From the human T2T-CHM13v2.0 reference genome, Homo sapiens, in NCBI RefSeq assembly GCF_009914755.1, contig NC_060934.1: a stretch of DNA of 64,000 bases; one strand, 5' to 3'. Positions 52,290 to 64,000 of the stretch are shown piece after piece; positions within the stretch are counted from its first letter, which is position 1, and each line of letters opens with the position of its first letter. The notes below the pieces were generated by a model. It did no database searches. It had not been told where the DNA came from and was given only the letters and a program-made list of their open reading frames with translations. Both the position numbers and the translations under genes were made by a program.

Positions 52290-54420
52290 TTTAGACTTTT
52301 AAATTTTCAAATAATCGTAGATTGACAAGAATTTGTGAAGGGGTCCCAATATCCTTCACCCAGTTTCTCCACTGTTTACATTTTACATTCTACAGAACAA
52401 TATCAAAACAAGGAAACTGACATTAGCACAATGTGTGTTCTTCTATTACATTGTATCACATGTGTAGATTCCTGTAACCACCAAGACACAAAACTATCCC
52501 ATCATCCCAAGATCTCTCCTGCTACCTCTTTGTAGTCACACTTCCCCACCACCGCCTCTAACACCTGCCAACCACTAATCTGTTTTCACTGTTTATAATT
52601 TTGCCCCTGGAAGAATGTTATACAAGTGAAATCGTACAGTATGTGACTTTTTGAGATTGGTTTTTTTCACTTAGCCTAATGCTCTTGAGATCCATCCATT
52701 TAGTTATTTGCATGAATAATTTGTTTCTTTTTATTGCTGAATATTGGCATAGATGTGTCACTTAGTTTAAGCATTCACTTAGTGAGGGACATTTTGGTTC
52801 TTTTCTAGTTTCTGGCTATGATAGGAAGACACAGGAGAAAATCATCTGGACCTAGGAGTTGAGGATGAGTTCATAGGCATGGCACCCAAGTACGATTCAT
52901 TAAAGAAAGAATTGATAAATTGGACTTCATCAAAATTAAAAACTTTGCCTCTGCAAAATATTCTGTTAAGATGATGAAAGGACAAGCTATGGAGGGGAGA
53001 AAATATTTGCAAACGCGTATCTGACAAAGGACTCACATTTACAATGCATAAAGAGCTCTCAAAACTCAACAGTAAAAAAAAAATCTAATAAGAAATTGGG
53101 CAATAGACATGAAGAGACATTTCATGGCCGAGTCAAATCAGCATGTGGAAATATATTTAACATCATTAGCCTTTGGGGAAATGCAAATTGAGATCATGAG
53201 AAATCACTGCACACTTATTTGAGCAGTTGAAATAAAAATATAATGATAAAACCAAATGCTAGCAAGGATGCAGAGAAACCAAATTTCTCATCCCTTGCTT
53301 GTGGGAATATAACATGATACACACAGCCACTCCCAAAAATAGATTGACAGTTTCTCAAAAAACATGCACTTACCATATTACTCAACAATCACATTCCTGG
53401 GCTTTTATCAGAGAAATTATAATTTAAGTTTGCACAAAAAGCTACACACAAATGCTCATAACTGCTCTATTCGTCATGTTTTTATTGGCAGGTAATTTAC
53501 ATACAAAGAAATTCAAAAATCTTAAATTTCACAATTCAATGTGTTTTGTCAAATGCCTGCACTCCTGTCCCTCCCCCACTGTAAGATTTACAACACTCTA
53601 GCACCCCCAAAAAGTTATTTCATGCCCCCTTCAGCTAACCTCTACCATGCCACTCCATCCATAAACCCCAAAGCAACTATTTAAAAAAAAAAAAAAAAAA
53701 GGCAAAAACCGCAATTACTTTTGCACCAACCTAATACTAGTCTGATTTTTAAATCACAGATTCATTTTCATATAAATGGAATCATACAATGTTTATTCTT
53801 TCATACCTGACTTCTTTCATTCAGGAACACGATTCAGAGCTTCTGCTGTGCAGTAGGGGGCATCAATAGTTCATTTTCTTTTTATTGTCTGCTACCATTC
53901 CATTGTATGGATTCAACCTAGTCTGTTTATTCATTCTCCTGTGAATGAATATTTGGGTTATTTCTAGTTTTTGTCTTTTATGAATAAAGCTTCTATTTTC
54001 ATCTTTTCAGAAGTCTATTTGTTAGATATGAGTTTTCACCTCTTTATCCTTGGATAAAAACCTAAGGATGGACTCGCTGGATAATATAATAGGGTATTTG
54101 TTTAAATTTACAAGAAACAACCAAACAATTTTCAAAAGTGTTTGCGTTCTTTTCCTTACTCACTAGAAATACATGAGGTGGGCTTGTTTGAAGTTTGTGG
54201 ATGTGTATGCGCTTCTCATGTGTGTACTGGCATTTGTCTATGTTCCTTTGTGAATAGTTTACCCAAGCCTTTTGCTCATTTTAAAAAACTGAACTTTTTG
54301 TTGAGTTATAGGAATTCTTAAATACTCCAGAATCAGGAATCAAGTCACTTTTTTATGTTTTATGCATATTTTCTCCTAGTCTTTTACTTGTCTATTGACT
54401 TGTTTCTTACTGATGAAGTT
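52290..54420. mobile_element. Old L1M fragments in both orientations
   Basis: L1 3' motifs (accactaatctg..; ttggacttcatcaaaattaaaaact; taaatggaatcatacaat). Confidence 0.7.
53700..53736. mobile_element. MADE1/Hsmar1-type terminal fragment
   Basis: ggcaaaaaccgcaattacttttgcaccaacctaata matches the mariner TIR. Confidence 0.75.
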
Positions 54421-54459
54421 TTTTTTTTCTCACGGCTTAAGTCCAAGGTGTGTCTTTTT

Positions 54460-55200
54460 CGTCCAGCCAGGTGGCCCCGGCAGGTCGCTCCTCAGGGACC
54501 CACATGGGCCAGGGCGGTGCAGCAGTGACCCACAGGGGCCAGTGCAGTTGAAGTGGCTTTGAAACCTGATTGGAGAAACAGACTGCTCAGCTATGAGAAC
54601 ACACAGCGCTCCAGAAAACTGGTGTTCAACACAACGCGTCACTCTGGCTTCCACTGCTGCTGCGGAGAGTCAGGTTCTCCGGCAAGGCCCCGCGCGCCCG
54701 CCCCCGCGCGCCCGCTTCTCTGTCCAGGGAACGCCTTTCTGCGGGCGGAGGCGGCTACGAGGGGGCGCTGCGAAAGCGGATTTCCAGGCACGCCTGGCGC
54801 CACTAAGCGGCGCTGAGACGGCGCTGCCTCCTGACTGCCGGTTGGAGGCTACAGGGGCTCTGGGGCAAGGGCGGCTTTTAGGAGTTTGCTGGTCACGAGG
54901 GGGGACGCGACCTCGTCCAAGATCTGTCTGCAAGGGACCCTTCCCAGCCGATGTGAACACAGCCCGGGGAAAGGGGCCGTCCGGGGAGCAAAGGCAGCCC
55001 GGGAAGAGGAGTAGGGGCTGAAACCAAAGGCAGCCTGGGTACCCAGGTTTTCCCAGGGGACAAGTCCCCCGGTTAGCTGGGCACAGGGAGGCATGGAGAG
55101 CGGCAGCAACTGCGTTGGGATGGGGCGGCTGCCCCAGGTTGGGGCGGTGACCCATGTTCCACCAGGCCAGGCGCAGGGCTGAGGTGGCCGACTCCTGTTT
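54460..55200. promoter_or_regulatory. CpG-rich promoter-like island with GC boxes and CTCF-like motifs
   Basis: CpG dense against a depleted background; gggcgg; ctacgagggggcgc (54755-54768); ccactaagcggcgc (54800-54813). Confidence 0.65.
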
Positions 55201-57274
55201 CACAAGTGAAGACCTGGTCACCCCAGCAGCAAGGCATTCCGGAGTGGGAGAATTCCTGAGTCCTGGGGAGGAAGCCGTGGTTACAGGGCTGTGGCCCTGA
55301 GCAGGAGCTGGCTGGCCCAGCAGGGTGGGCCGAGCACTTCAGTCAAGGCTGAGCGCCAGGCACCAGGGACTCAGGTCTGAGAGACCTGATGTACATCCTG
55401 CTCCAGAGCAGATCACAGAGATGCGCCCGCATGAATCCCCAGGCTAAGCCCAGAATTCCGTGGAAGATGCCCATGGGCCAGGAACACGGGTAGTCACCGC
55501 GCTAGGGCATCACACAGGGCCCCCCTTGGCCAAATACCACGAGGGAACTTGGACACCTGCATGGGGCCATGGAAGTGCCTGCAACCTCACACTCAGGCCT
55601 AGGGCTTACCGAAGTATTGCAGATATTTGTGTTCTCAGAGTAGGAGCTTAGGAATCAGTATCTTCTCTTCACTACAGGGACAGAGATGCAGTGGCCTAGG
55701 ACACATCACAAATATTTAAAACGATGTCCTTGGTCAAGGACAGAGGTAGCCAAGGCCAGCCTTCTCCCAGGAAACTAACCCAGGACCCCAAAGCACAGAG
55801 CTGTTAGGTGGGAGGGAATTGGTCTGTATGTCTCCCTATACTGTTGCAACACTTCGGCGCTGGGCTCCCTGTCCCAGACTCACCTTCCATACTCAAGCCA
55901 GAGGCTTACGAAAGCCGGGTTAAGATCCTCCCCTGCCTGTCCCTGTAAAGCTTCCCCACTGTCTCTGGAAATCGTTTGAGCTTCTTAGCCCCACAGCATG
56001 AGCCCGCTCTGACTCAGGCCCTGACAAGCTCTTTCTCTTCTGTCTCTCCCTCCTCTGTTGATATGGACACACCATTCCTTTGGCATGTCTAGTACAGACC
56101 AGATCCCCTGCTGTTGTTAGCATTCCTCCCTCTCCCTGGAATGTTCTTCCTTATCTGTCTACCTGATAAGCACTGAGTCATCCTGCAAAACTCTGCACAG
56201 CTTTCACCTTCCCTGAGGAGCCTCCCCTGGCCAGCCCCACCCTGTTGCAGGCAGAATGCTTGGCGGTGGGTTGCTGACCAACGATGTGGGTTGCTGACCA
56301 CAAATCCATTCCCCCTTTATTCCTTGCCAAGGGAATGCTGATTTTGCTCAGGTTGTCAACCCTCAGGGAGGTGACCCTAAACATGCCAAGTCCAACACAC
56401 TAGCTCTACCCCCTGAGAGCATGAGAACAACACGGATGGGCGTGTGCCCGGATCTGGCCTTGCCCTCATGGACTGCAGGTCAGGGGTGGGAAGCTCTTAT
56501 AGAGCAGCCCCAGGAGCCCTAGGGGCCATCCTGCTGGCCATGCCATGGCAGTGTCAGAACCCCAAACAGCACCTGGGGTGAAGGAGCTACTGAAAGAGTG
56601 GAGAGACTCCACTTTGTCCTGTTAGATCTGTCTCAGAAGTATTTTTATTAGGATTGACTGGGGAAGCTTTCTTCCACAGGGAGCCTAAGGGGGCCCAGAG
56701 AGTCTTCTCAGAATTGGAGGCCATCAAGGATTGGCTCAGGCTTGCTGGCTACTAGGCTCTCCTGTTCCCAAAGTCCATACTCTTGTTTGTTGTTATTCAA
56801 AAATATTTGTTGAAAGCCTGCTATCTACTAGGCCCTGAATGTTTAAAAACAAATAAAGTTCCTGCCTTCAAGGGGCTCACAGCTTTTCTGAGAGGACACG
56901 TAAACAGATAAAATGTCATTAGGGTGTAGTTCTGTGTAATAGAGAGTGTTCTTAGGTGCTGACAAGAGCATCTACTCTGTAGTTTAAGCAGAAAACAAAT
57001 GTATGAAAGGCTATTGGACGGCTCACAGAATTCTGTGTGGCACGAACACTGTGTCTCAAATCATGCTGCAGGACAAACTTGGGGCTCAGTATGCTGGACC
57101 ATGTTGTGCCTTCTCTCCCAGCCAGTGCTGCAATGGAAGAAAAGGAATTCAGCTCCTAGGAAATGCAAAACATTGATCTGAGGATAGAGAGGGAGTATAT
57201 GTAGATATCATCTCTTGGAGGGAATTAAAAAGCAACGATGATAGAGCTATGGCAAGGCTACAGGTAGGGAATAC

Positions 57275-57726
57275 CTATGGCAAAGAAAAACCAGAGCTAG
57301 ACGATAAAGTAGTAAAACCAGATTTTATTCAGGACTATTGCAATAAGCGAAAAGAGACCTCAATATACAGTCAGGCTGATTCTAAAAACAGCATGAGAAG
57401 TTGAGACTTGGAGCCATGGAGCAGGTAGGAGTTGAAAGATGGAAAATTACCAAGAGGAAATGCCAGGGGTGAGGGTGATGCTGGCTAAACTGACCTAACA
57501 GGAGACCTGCTGAAGAAAGGCCAGGGTGACCAGACATCACCTGGGAAGGTGGAGGATGAGGACCCTGATCGGATATTGGGAGTGGTCAGATAGGAACAAG
57601 GGGAGTTCTTGCTGAATTGACTTAGTGGGATTCTTGCTCAAATTGGATTTTACAAGAAAGTACACAGATGAGCCTAGAAGGTTCAGGAGCCTGACTCAAG
57701 TTTGCTCAAGTAAAGAAACTTTGTCA
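57275..57726 (-). mobile_element. ERV1 solo LTR (MER31-like)
   Basis: End aggagcctgactcaagtttgctcaagtaaagaaactttgtca resembles the MER31 terminus. Confidence 0.55.
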
Positions 57727-58364
57727 CTATTCCCTTATTTTTCCCCTATGCTGAAATTAAACTAGGCAGACTCCAAATTATCTTTAAAAACATAGGTGTA
57801 TTTTTAACAAATTCCAAAGAGCAATTGCAAAAGCACCTGTGGAGCGTGTCTGCTTTACCAGAAGTGCCCAAAAGGTTACTCCAGCAAAAATGATTAGCAG
57901 GTGCTGTGGATGCTGCTGGTGTCCTGGCCAGGGCCCCTTTGCTTCCTTCCCCAGGTGCCATGGGGGTCACCTGGAGGGAGTCAGCACATGGGGCCGTGAC
58001 CCCTTACACCCATGCTGCTCCAGCTCTGACCCCAGGCAGAGAGAGCTTCCCCTCTAATCTGAGGAGACCTCTTGCTTCCAGGCCTGTCCCACATTTCTCT
58101 GCTGGCAGGGAGGCAGTGGGGGTGATGTCCATTCTGCCCCATCAGGGGAGATGATCAACTTCATGACTCTGCTTAAGCAGATCCCCTTGCTGGGCATGTA
58201 CTTGGACTTGACCAAATTTCCTTGGCTGCAGCTCTTCTCAAGGCTCCTGTTTGGCCACATGAGGCCTGTTTTGGGGTGGGCTGCAAAAGAACCCATCGAA
58301 CCAGTGGTCAGGGGAGCTTGCAGGGCAGAGAGATCCTCTAAGTCCTTCCTTCCTTCCTTTCTTT

Positions 58365-58671
<307 letters not shown>

Positions 58672-58867
58672 CCTCTAAATCCTTTCTAAAGAGTTTTGGC
58701 AGAAAGCAGCTAGGCAATGGCTCAGAACTGAAAGCAAGTCTGCACACAGAGCAGGACTTGAACTGAAAGAAAGGAATAAGAATTCTCACCCAGGGCTGGG
58801 ATCCAAGAGACGCACACTGATACAACTACTAAAAGGTTGTTAAACTCCCGAAGGGCCCCTGCCTTGC

Positions 58868-59240
58868 TGTGTTACAGTCTGATTGTGTATTGTTGAAGCC
58901 CTTACCCCCAGTTTGCTGGTGTTTGGAGATGAGCCTTTGGAAGCTAATTAGGGTTAGATGAGGTTATGAGGGCGGGGCCCTCATGATGGTATAGTGATCT
59001 TATGAAAAGAGCAGGAGAGAGAGAGAGAGCTCTTCCCCCCGTGAACACGTGTAAGCACAGAGGAAAGGTCATGGGAGGACGTGTCAAAAAGGCAGCCGTC
59101 CGCAAGCCAGGAAGAGGCCCTCCCCAGGAACTGAATTGATCTTAGACTTCCCAGCCTCCAGAACTGTGCAAAATAAGTGTCTGTTATTTAAGCCACCTAT
59201 TTATGGTATTTTGTATGTCAGTCTGAAAAGACTAAGACAT
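58868..59240 (+). mobile_element. MaLR LTR (MLT1A-like)
   Basis: taattagggttagatgaggttatgagggcggggccctcatgatgg..cccagcctccagaactgtg. Confidence 0.75.
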
Positions 59241-59436
59241 GTTGGTGAATAGCTGCTGCACCCCCAACACCCAGGAGCCTCCCCTGGGGCCCCACAGACA
59301 CCCTGCCATCCAGCACTAAGGGTTGAGGCCTGGCCCTGCAGGGGCCGCTACTCGAGCTCTGCTCCACCCCTGCAGACAGCAGCCATTCAGGTGAGTGGGT
59401 TGTGCTGCACCAGTTGTTAAATATTCTGAGCACCAC

Positions 59437-59970
59437 TTGTGGTGGATTTAAAAACAGTCCCCAGATTCGTTGACACTCTTCTCATTGACAGATTGGGTCT
59501 GTGTCCCCTTTCCTTGAAGCTGGGGTGGCTTGTGGTGTCTTCAACTGATAGGGCACCGGGGAAGTGATGCCATGTGACTCCTGACGCTAACTCACAGAAG
59601 GCAATGTGGTGTCCTTCTTGTCCACTGGGAGACGGTGGAGCCCTACCACTTGCTACCCTGAGGCCACCATGCTGGAGAAGCTACGTGTAGGAGTGCAGGG
59701 GACAGTCCCAGTTGAGCCTGGCCTTCCAGCCATCTCACCAGGGGCCCAACATGTGAGTGAAGAGGCATCCAGATGGTTGCACCCCTCTGCCCTAGAGTCA
59801 CCCAACCTTCAGGTCTTCCCAACTGAGACTGAGTCCCCTTACTTGTTGGGTCAGAGACAAGCACCTTGCTGTGCCCTCCAGAACTGCTGACCCACAGAAT
59901 CTGTGAACATTATACATGAGGATTTTATGCTACTGGCTCTGGGGTGGTTCGAAAGGCAGCAGTTGTAACT
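59437..59970 (+). mobile_element. MaLR LTR (older MLT1-like)
   Basis: Degenerate MLT1 motifs (gaagtgatgccatgtgactcctga; ctgacccacagaatctgtga). Confidence 0.55.
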
Positions 59971-60033
59971 GGGAGCCCACCCTGTATAGAAATGTGAGGA
60001 AACTGAGGCTCAGAGAGTAAGTGACTCAGTCAC

Positions 60034-60431
60034 TGATATAGTTTGGATATCCCCTCCAAATTTCATGTTGAAATGTGATCCCCAGTGTTGGAGGTGGGGC
60101 CTGGTGGGAGGTGTTTAGGTCAGGGGGCGGATCCCTCATCGCCTGATGCTGTCCTCACCATCTTGAGCTCTAACAGGATCTGGCTGTTTAAAAGTGTGTG
60201 GCACCTCCCCCCACCTCTCTTGCTCCCACTCTCGCTACGTGATGTTGGCTCCCCCTTCACCTTCTGCCATGACTGTAAGGTCCCTCCAGAGGCCTCCCCA
60301 GAAGCTGAGCAGATGCCGGCACCATGCTTCCTATATAGCCTGCAGGACTGTGAGCCAATTAAACCCCCTTTTTAAATAAATTACCCAGACTCAGGTATTG
60401 CTTTATGGCAACACAAGAATAGCCTAACACA
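60034..60431 (+). mobile_element. MaLR solo LTR (MSTB-like)
   Basis: tgatatagtttggatat..cctaacaca ends. Confidence 0.85.
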
Positions 60432-61504
60432 GTCAAAGTCATGGAGCTGGTGCAGGGCAGAGCCAGAATCTGCCTCCCGTCCAAGTGAATTCAGAGCCCA
60501 CGCTATTCCCATCTCCCTGATCAGGCTGGTTCCTGGGCACACGCTTACCCCTCAGGGCCACTTGAGGGGAAGTTTGCAAACTGGAGCATGTTCAGGGGTG
60601 ATGGCCCCAAACAGGCTCCAGGAGGGACCACTGAAGGGACTGGGGACACTGGGCTTTGACAGAGGTCATCGCAGAATTTGTGGGCCTTCTTCAGATATCC
60701 AAAATGTTGTTACTGGGAGGGAATAAGTGTTGTGGCCCTAGATGGCAGAGGTGTGGGCTTGATGCGGCTGATTTTGGTTCAGGTAAAGCAAGAACTTTGC
60801 TGGTCACATCCATTGGAAAAAGATTGGGCTGTCAAAGGACGCAGTGAGTCCCATCTTTGGAGGCAGCCAAGTGCACCCGGAGTACTCAACTGCACCCTGA
60901 GTATCGCCAGTACACCCTGAGTACCCAAGTGCACCCCAAGCACACCAAGGACCACCCCTGGGTGGATGCCAAGGGGGTAGTCAGGCCACAGGTTGGAACA
61001 GCACCAGCTGACTTTAAATCCCTCTCTAACCCTGAGATACAAGGATGTAGCCTACACATCAGGAGGTGAATAGAATCTACCCTCATTTGCAAGAGTTGTC
61101 CCCAGGGCAGCGGTGGCTGCAGCCCATCCAGTGTTCCCACTGGGAGATGCCCATGAGGTGCTCAGGTACAGCCCATCCAGTGTTCCCACTGGGAGATGCC
61201 CACGAGGCGCTCAGGCTTCGTGGCTCCCCAAAGCTCTGTTTCTGACAAATTAAATTGGTCCTACACTGGTCCCTGCTAAACATCCAAAGATACTTTGAGT
61301 TGAATACAAATCTTTATTATTTTGAAAACCACAGCAAAGGCACTTCAGAATCTCCAGGTACCCAGTCTCAGTTGCCGTTCAGTGGGGACAAGAGTGGTGC
61401 TGAGGGCATGGTCACACCCTTCTGTGCTGCATGCAGAGGGGTGCAAGGCCAGGGCAGCTGACCTGGTCAGCCACCAGGGGAGCCCACGCCTCTTATAACA
61501 CAGT

Positions 61505-62147
61505 GTCCTTGGGTCAGGAATTTGTAGTTTATTTTGTTATTAAGATGGCGAGAGAATTTTTCGTCCATTTAGAGCCTAACATTTTTAGATGAATGTTAAT
61601 GGCATCTCGGTTGGGATGGATTCGTGTTCGTTTCTCAGCTGCTGAAGGATGTGTGTTCTAAAACAAAAGGGCTCCCAGCCAGCTCTCCGGCTGCATGATA
61701 GAGAAGTGTTTTGTAAGACGCTTGTTAAAAACCCATATTCCCTGGCCCCTCTTGTGGAGACCCTGTTTCAGTAGATGGGAATGGGGCTGGGGTCTGTATA
61801 ACCTGTGCCCAGGAGACTCTGTGACCAGCTTGGGAAGCTCCTGCAGGGAGGAAGGAATGATCCACAAGTCCCCAAGCCCTTCATGCTGAGGCATCTGTCT
61901 GGCTGGAGAAACACTAAGGTTGGCATTGTGCTCACACTGGGAAATGACCTGGAGGAAGTTGGGAAGAGGAGTCCAGGCCGGTTCCACCCTCTGGGTCAGA
62001 AACCCGGCTGGAAAGCACTGGAAATAGGGAAATAGAAGACCGAAAGGCTGGGACCCCCCTCACACCCAACCTGCGTCCATGGCCGAGGTTGAGTGAGGAG
62101 TCCTGGAGACTCTGGCTTCATGGTCTTTGCTCTTGTTCTTCTGTGCC
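61505..62147 (-). other. ANXA8: 3' UTR of annexin A8 (ANXA8 or ANXA8L1)
   Basis: Follows the annexin stop codon and ends shortly after AATAAA; cleavage site approximate. Confidence 0.8.
61528..61533 (-). terminator. Polyadenylation signal AATAAA of annexin A8
   Basis: tttatt on the + strand ~615 bp past the stop codon. Confidence 0.75.
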
Positions 62148-62207
62148 TCAGGGGTCGCTGCCCACCAGGCTCAGCAGGGCGTTCTTGTAGTCACCGCTGG
62201 TGTCTTC
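62148..62207 (-). CDS. ANXA8: Annexin A8 last coding exon (EDTSGDYKNALLSLVGSDP*); upstream exons lie beyond the window
   Basis: cccacag acceptor; 60 bp; matches the ANXA8 C-terminus. ANXA8 and ANXA8L1 cannot be distinguished from this exon. Confidence 0.93.
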   Translation of the reverse strand, partial: EDTSGDYKNALLSLVGSDP

Positions 62208-63194
62208 CTGTGGGCAGGAGGCGCATAAGCGTGAGAAGGGGTTTGCTTGTGCCTGGCTCGGCAGTGGCGGCTGTGTTATTATGACTAAGAGGTGTGCCCC
62301 TGGCCTGCACCTGGCCCGGCCCTCCAGGGTTCCTAGCCGCAGGGGTTGTGCCATCACCCCTCTTTCCTTGTTTTTAATTTCAGGCTATTCCTTTACATTT
62401 CCTTTTGATTCTCTTACCAACTACATGCAGGATTGATGTGGAAAATGAATCAGAGACAGTTCCACTCCTAAACAAGGAAGGGGTCAGCTGTCCCAGGGTT
62501 CTTCTATTCGGGAGCCAGGGTGCCCAGCCATTCATTTACACAACAGGATGCATCATTATTCAACACCTGCTGTGGCAGCTTGGGAATCAAGGCTGAGAGT
62601 GAGGCATCAGCACACACCTGGGGGCAGGGCCGGGGGTGGAGGGAGCCTGGACCATCGCACCCTGACGGTGTGGCCGAGGCAAGCCCCTTCACCTCTGTGG
62701 GACTCATCTATGAAATGAGATCAATGCTGTGCTGCTGTGCATCTTGCTGAGACGTGGTGAGGGTACAGCAGGAGGAAGGCGAGCTGGTCTGCCCTGCATC
62801 TGGCTCACATCGGGTCCACAGTGTTTGTCTCCTGATGAGACTGACCTTGTGGTCCGATGACTGAGGAGCCCTGTTTCTTAGATAGTGGTAGGTCCTGATG
62901 GGACTGGCTAGTCCGGGGTCTGCATACAGAGCTGGGAAATGGGCCAGGTCAGATCACCCAGATTCTTCTTCATGCAGTTGAGGACAGCGGGGCCAAGAGA
63001 GGGGAGTGAATTCATTCACAACGGCATGGTGAGTAAGGGGTAGACTGGGGCTAGACCCACTTTCCACACTCTGGACCAGTTTAGGTCTCATGGTTATTGT
63101 CTACTTTTCACCATTTAGTAAAATTTGCCTGTTTTGAGCCTGAAATCTCATTACGGGTTTCAAACTACAATGAAATTTTTTTTAACTTTTTCCT

Positions 63195-63343
63195 TTCTAG
63201 ACACGATCTCACTCTGTCACCCAGGCTGGAGTGCAGTGATGCAGTCCTAGCTCACGGCAGCCTTGGACTCCTGGGCTCAAGCGATCCTCCCGCGTTGGCC
63301 TCCCAAAGCACTGGGATTACGGGTGTGGGCCACTACGCCTGGT
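63195..63343 (-). mobile_element. Partial Alu (AluJ/FLAM-like monomer)
   Basis: ctcactctgtcacccaggctggagtgcagtg..gcctcccaaagcactgggattac. Confidence 0.85.
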
Positions 63344-64000
63344 GATTTTTATTATTTTGAGGACAATTTTTCGAATAGTTTTTAGAAAGAAAAGCATTAA
63401 TTTTGTTTACTTTTTCAAATACATGAGTTATACTTGGAGTGTTTATACATTTGCCTCTTAATTTCAATGCAGGAGTTTTTAACTCATATTAGTGTTGAAA
63501 ACCATTTTTGCTTTAATGACATCTGTGGTCTACACTAAAAAGAAACGTTTGGTCAATGTATTCATGATTCTAACTCAATTTTCTTAAGTAACAACATTAG
63601 ATAAAATTTGAAGAGGGTGGCTTCATGTATCTGTAGAAATCTCTCTGATGCCGTAAGTTACCATGTGTGGTTAAAAGGGTTAATGACAATCAGCTCAGAC
63701 TGTCTGCAGGTGACAGCACAGTCCAGGCTGGTGTGTGCCTTGCCCTCCTGTCTCCCGACAAGATTGGCTGGGGAGCCTCAAGTGAAACCAAGAATAATTC
63801 CAATCCTCTCTTGCCCCTGCCCACCTGTTTCAAGATGTTGCCATCTTGAAACATCTGGAAACAGAAATGTCTTTTCCACCTATTGTCAGCTATGTGTTTC
63901 TTGAAAAGTGCACTTAACAACGACATTTGCAGAAGAGCTAGAGACTTGACTTAGTAGCCAAAGAAAACTTGGGGATACATTTGTCCTAATGTGACTTCTG

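Noticed and set aside
54553-55221. ORFs across the CpG island
   Set aside because: Overlapping stop-poor frames expected in GC-rich DNA; no homology recognised.
62208-62357. N-terminal part of the 69-aa ORF 62148-62357
   Set aside because: Intronic; only 62148-62207 after the cag acceptor matches annexin A8.

Overview
Primate (very likely human) genomic DNA, probably the segmentally duplicated 10q11.22 region. The right end holds the last coding exon (EDTSGDYKNALLSLVGSDP*) and 3' UTR of annexin A8 (ANXA8 or ANXA8L1) on the minus strand. Most of the rest is a cluster of unprocessed pseudogenes related to anthrax toxin receptor-like (ANTXRL). Copy A (+, 92-14427) has 10 recognisable exons covering vWA C-terminus, Ig-like domain, TM and Pro/Cys-rich tail. 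Copy B (+, ~40142-45590) is a partial direct duplicate. Copy C (-, ~46481-46702) is an inverted fragment. The most unusual feature is copy A's TM exon, expanded to ~2.6 kb by ~139 copies of an 18-bp unit. That array lies in frame between the splice acceptor and the TM helix and would encode a Pro/Ser/Thr/His/Gln mucin-like stalk. The long 818-aa and 662-aa ORFs in the track are other frames of this array. A ~20-kb nested transposon block (14840-35134) is an ERV1-type provirus with two LTRs, PBS, PPT and an env remnant, containing MST, Alu and three L1 insertions. There is a CpG-rich promoter-like island at ~54.5-55.2 kb and several minisatellites. Repeat subfamily names and reference peptides are from memory, not from a database search.
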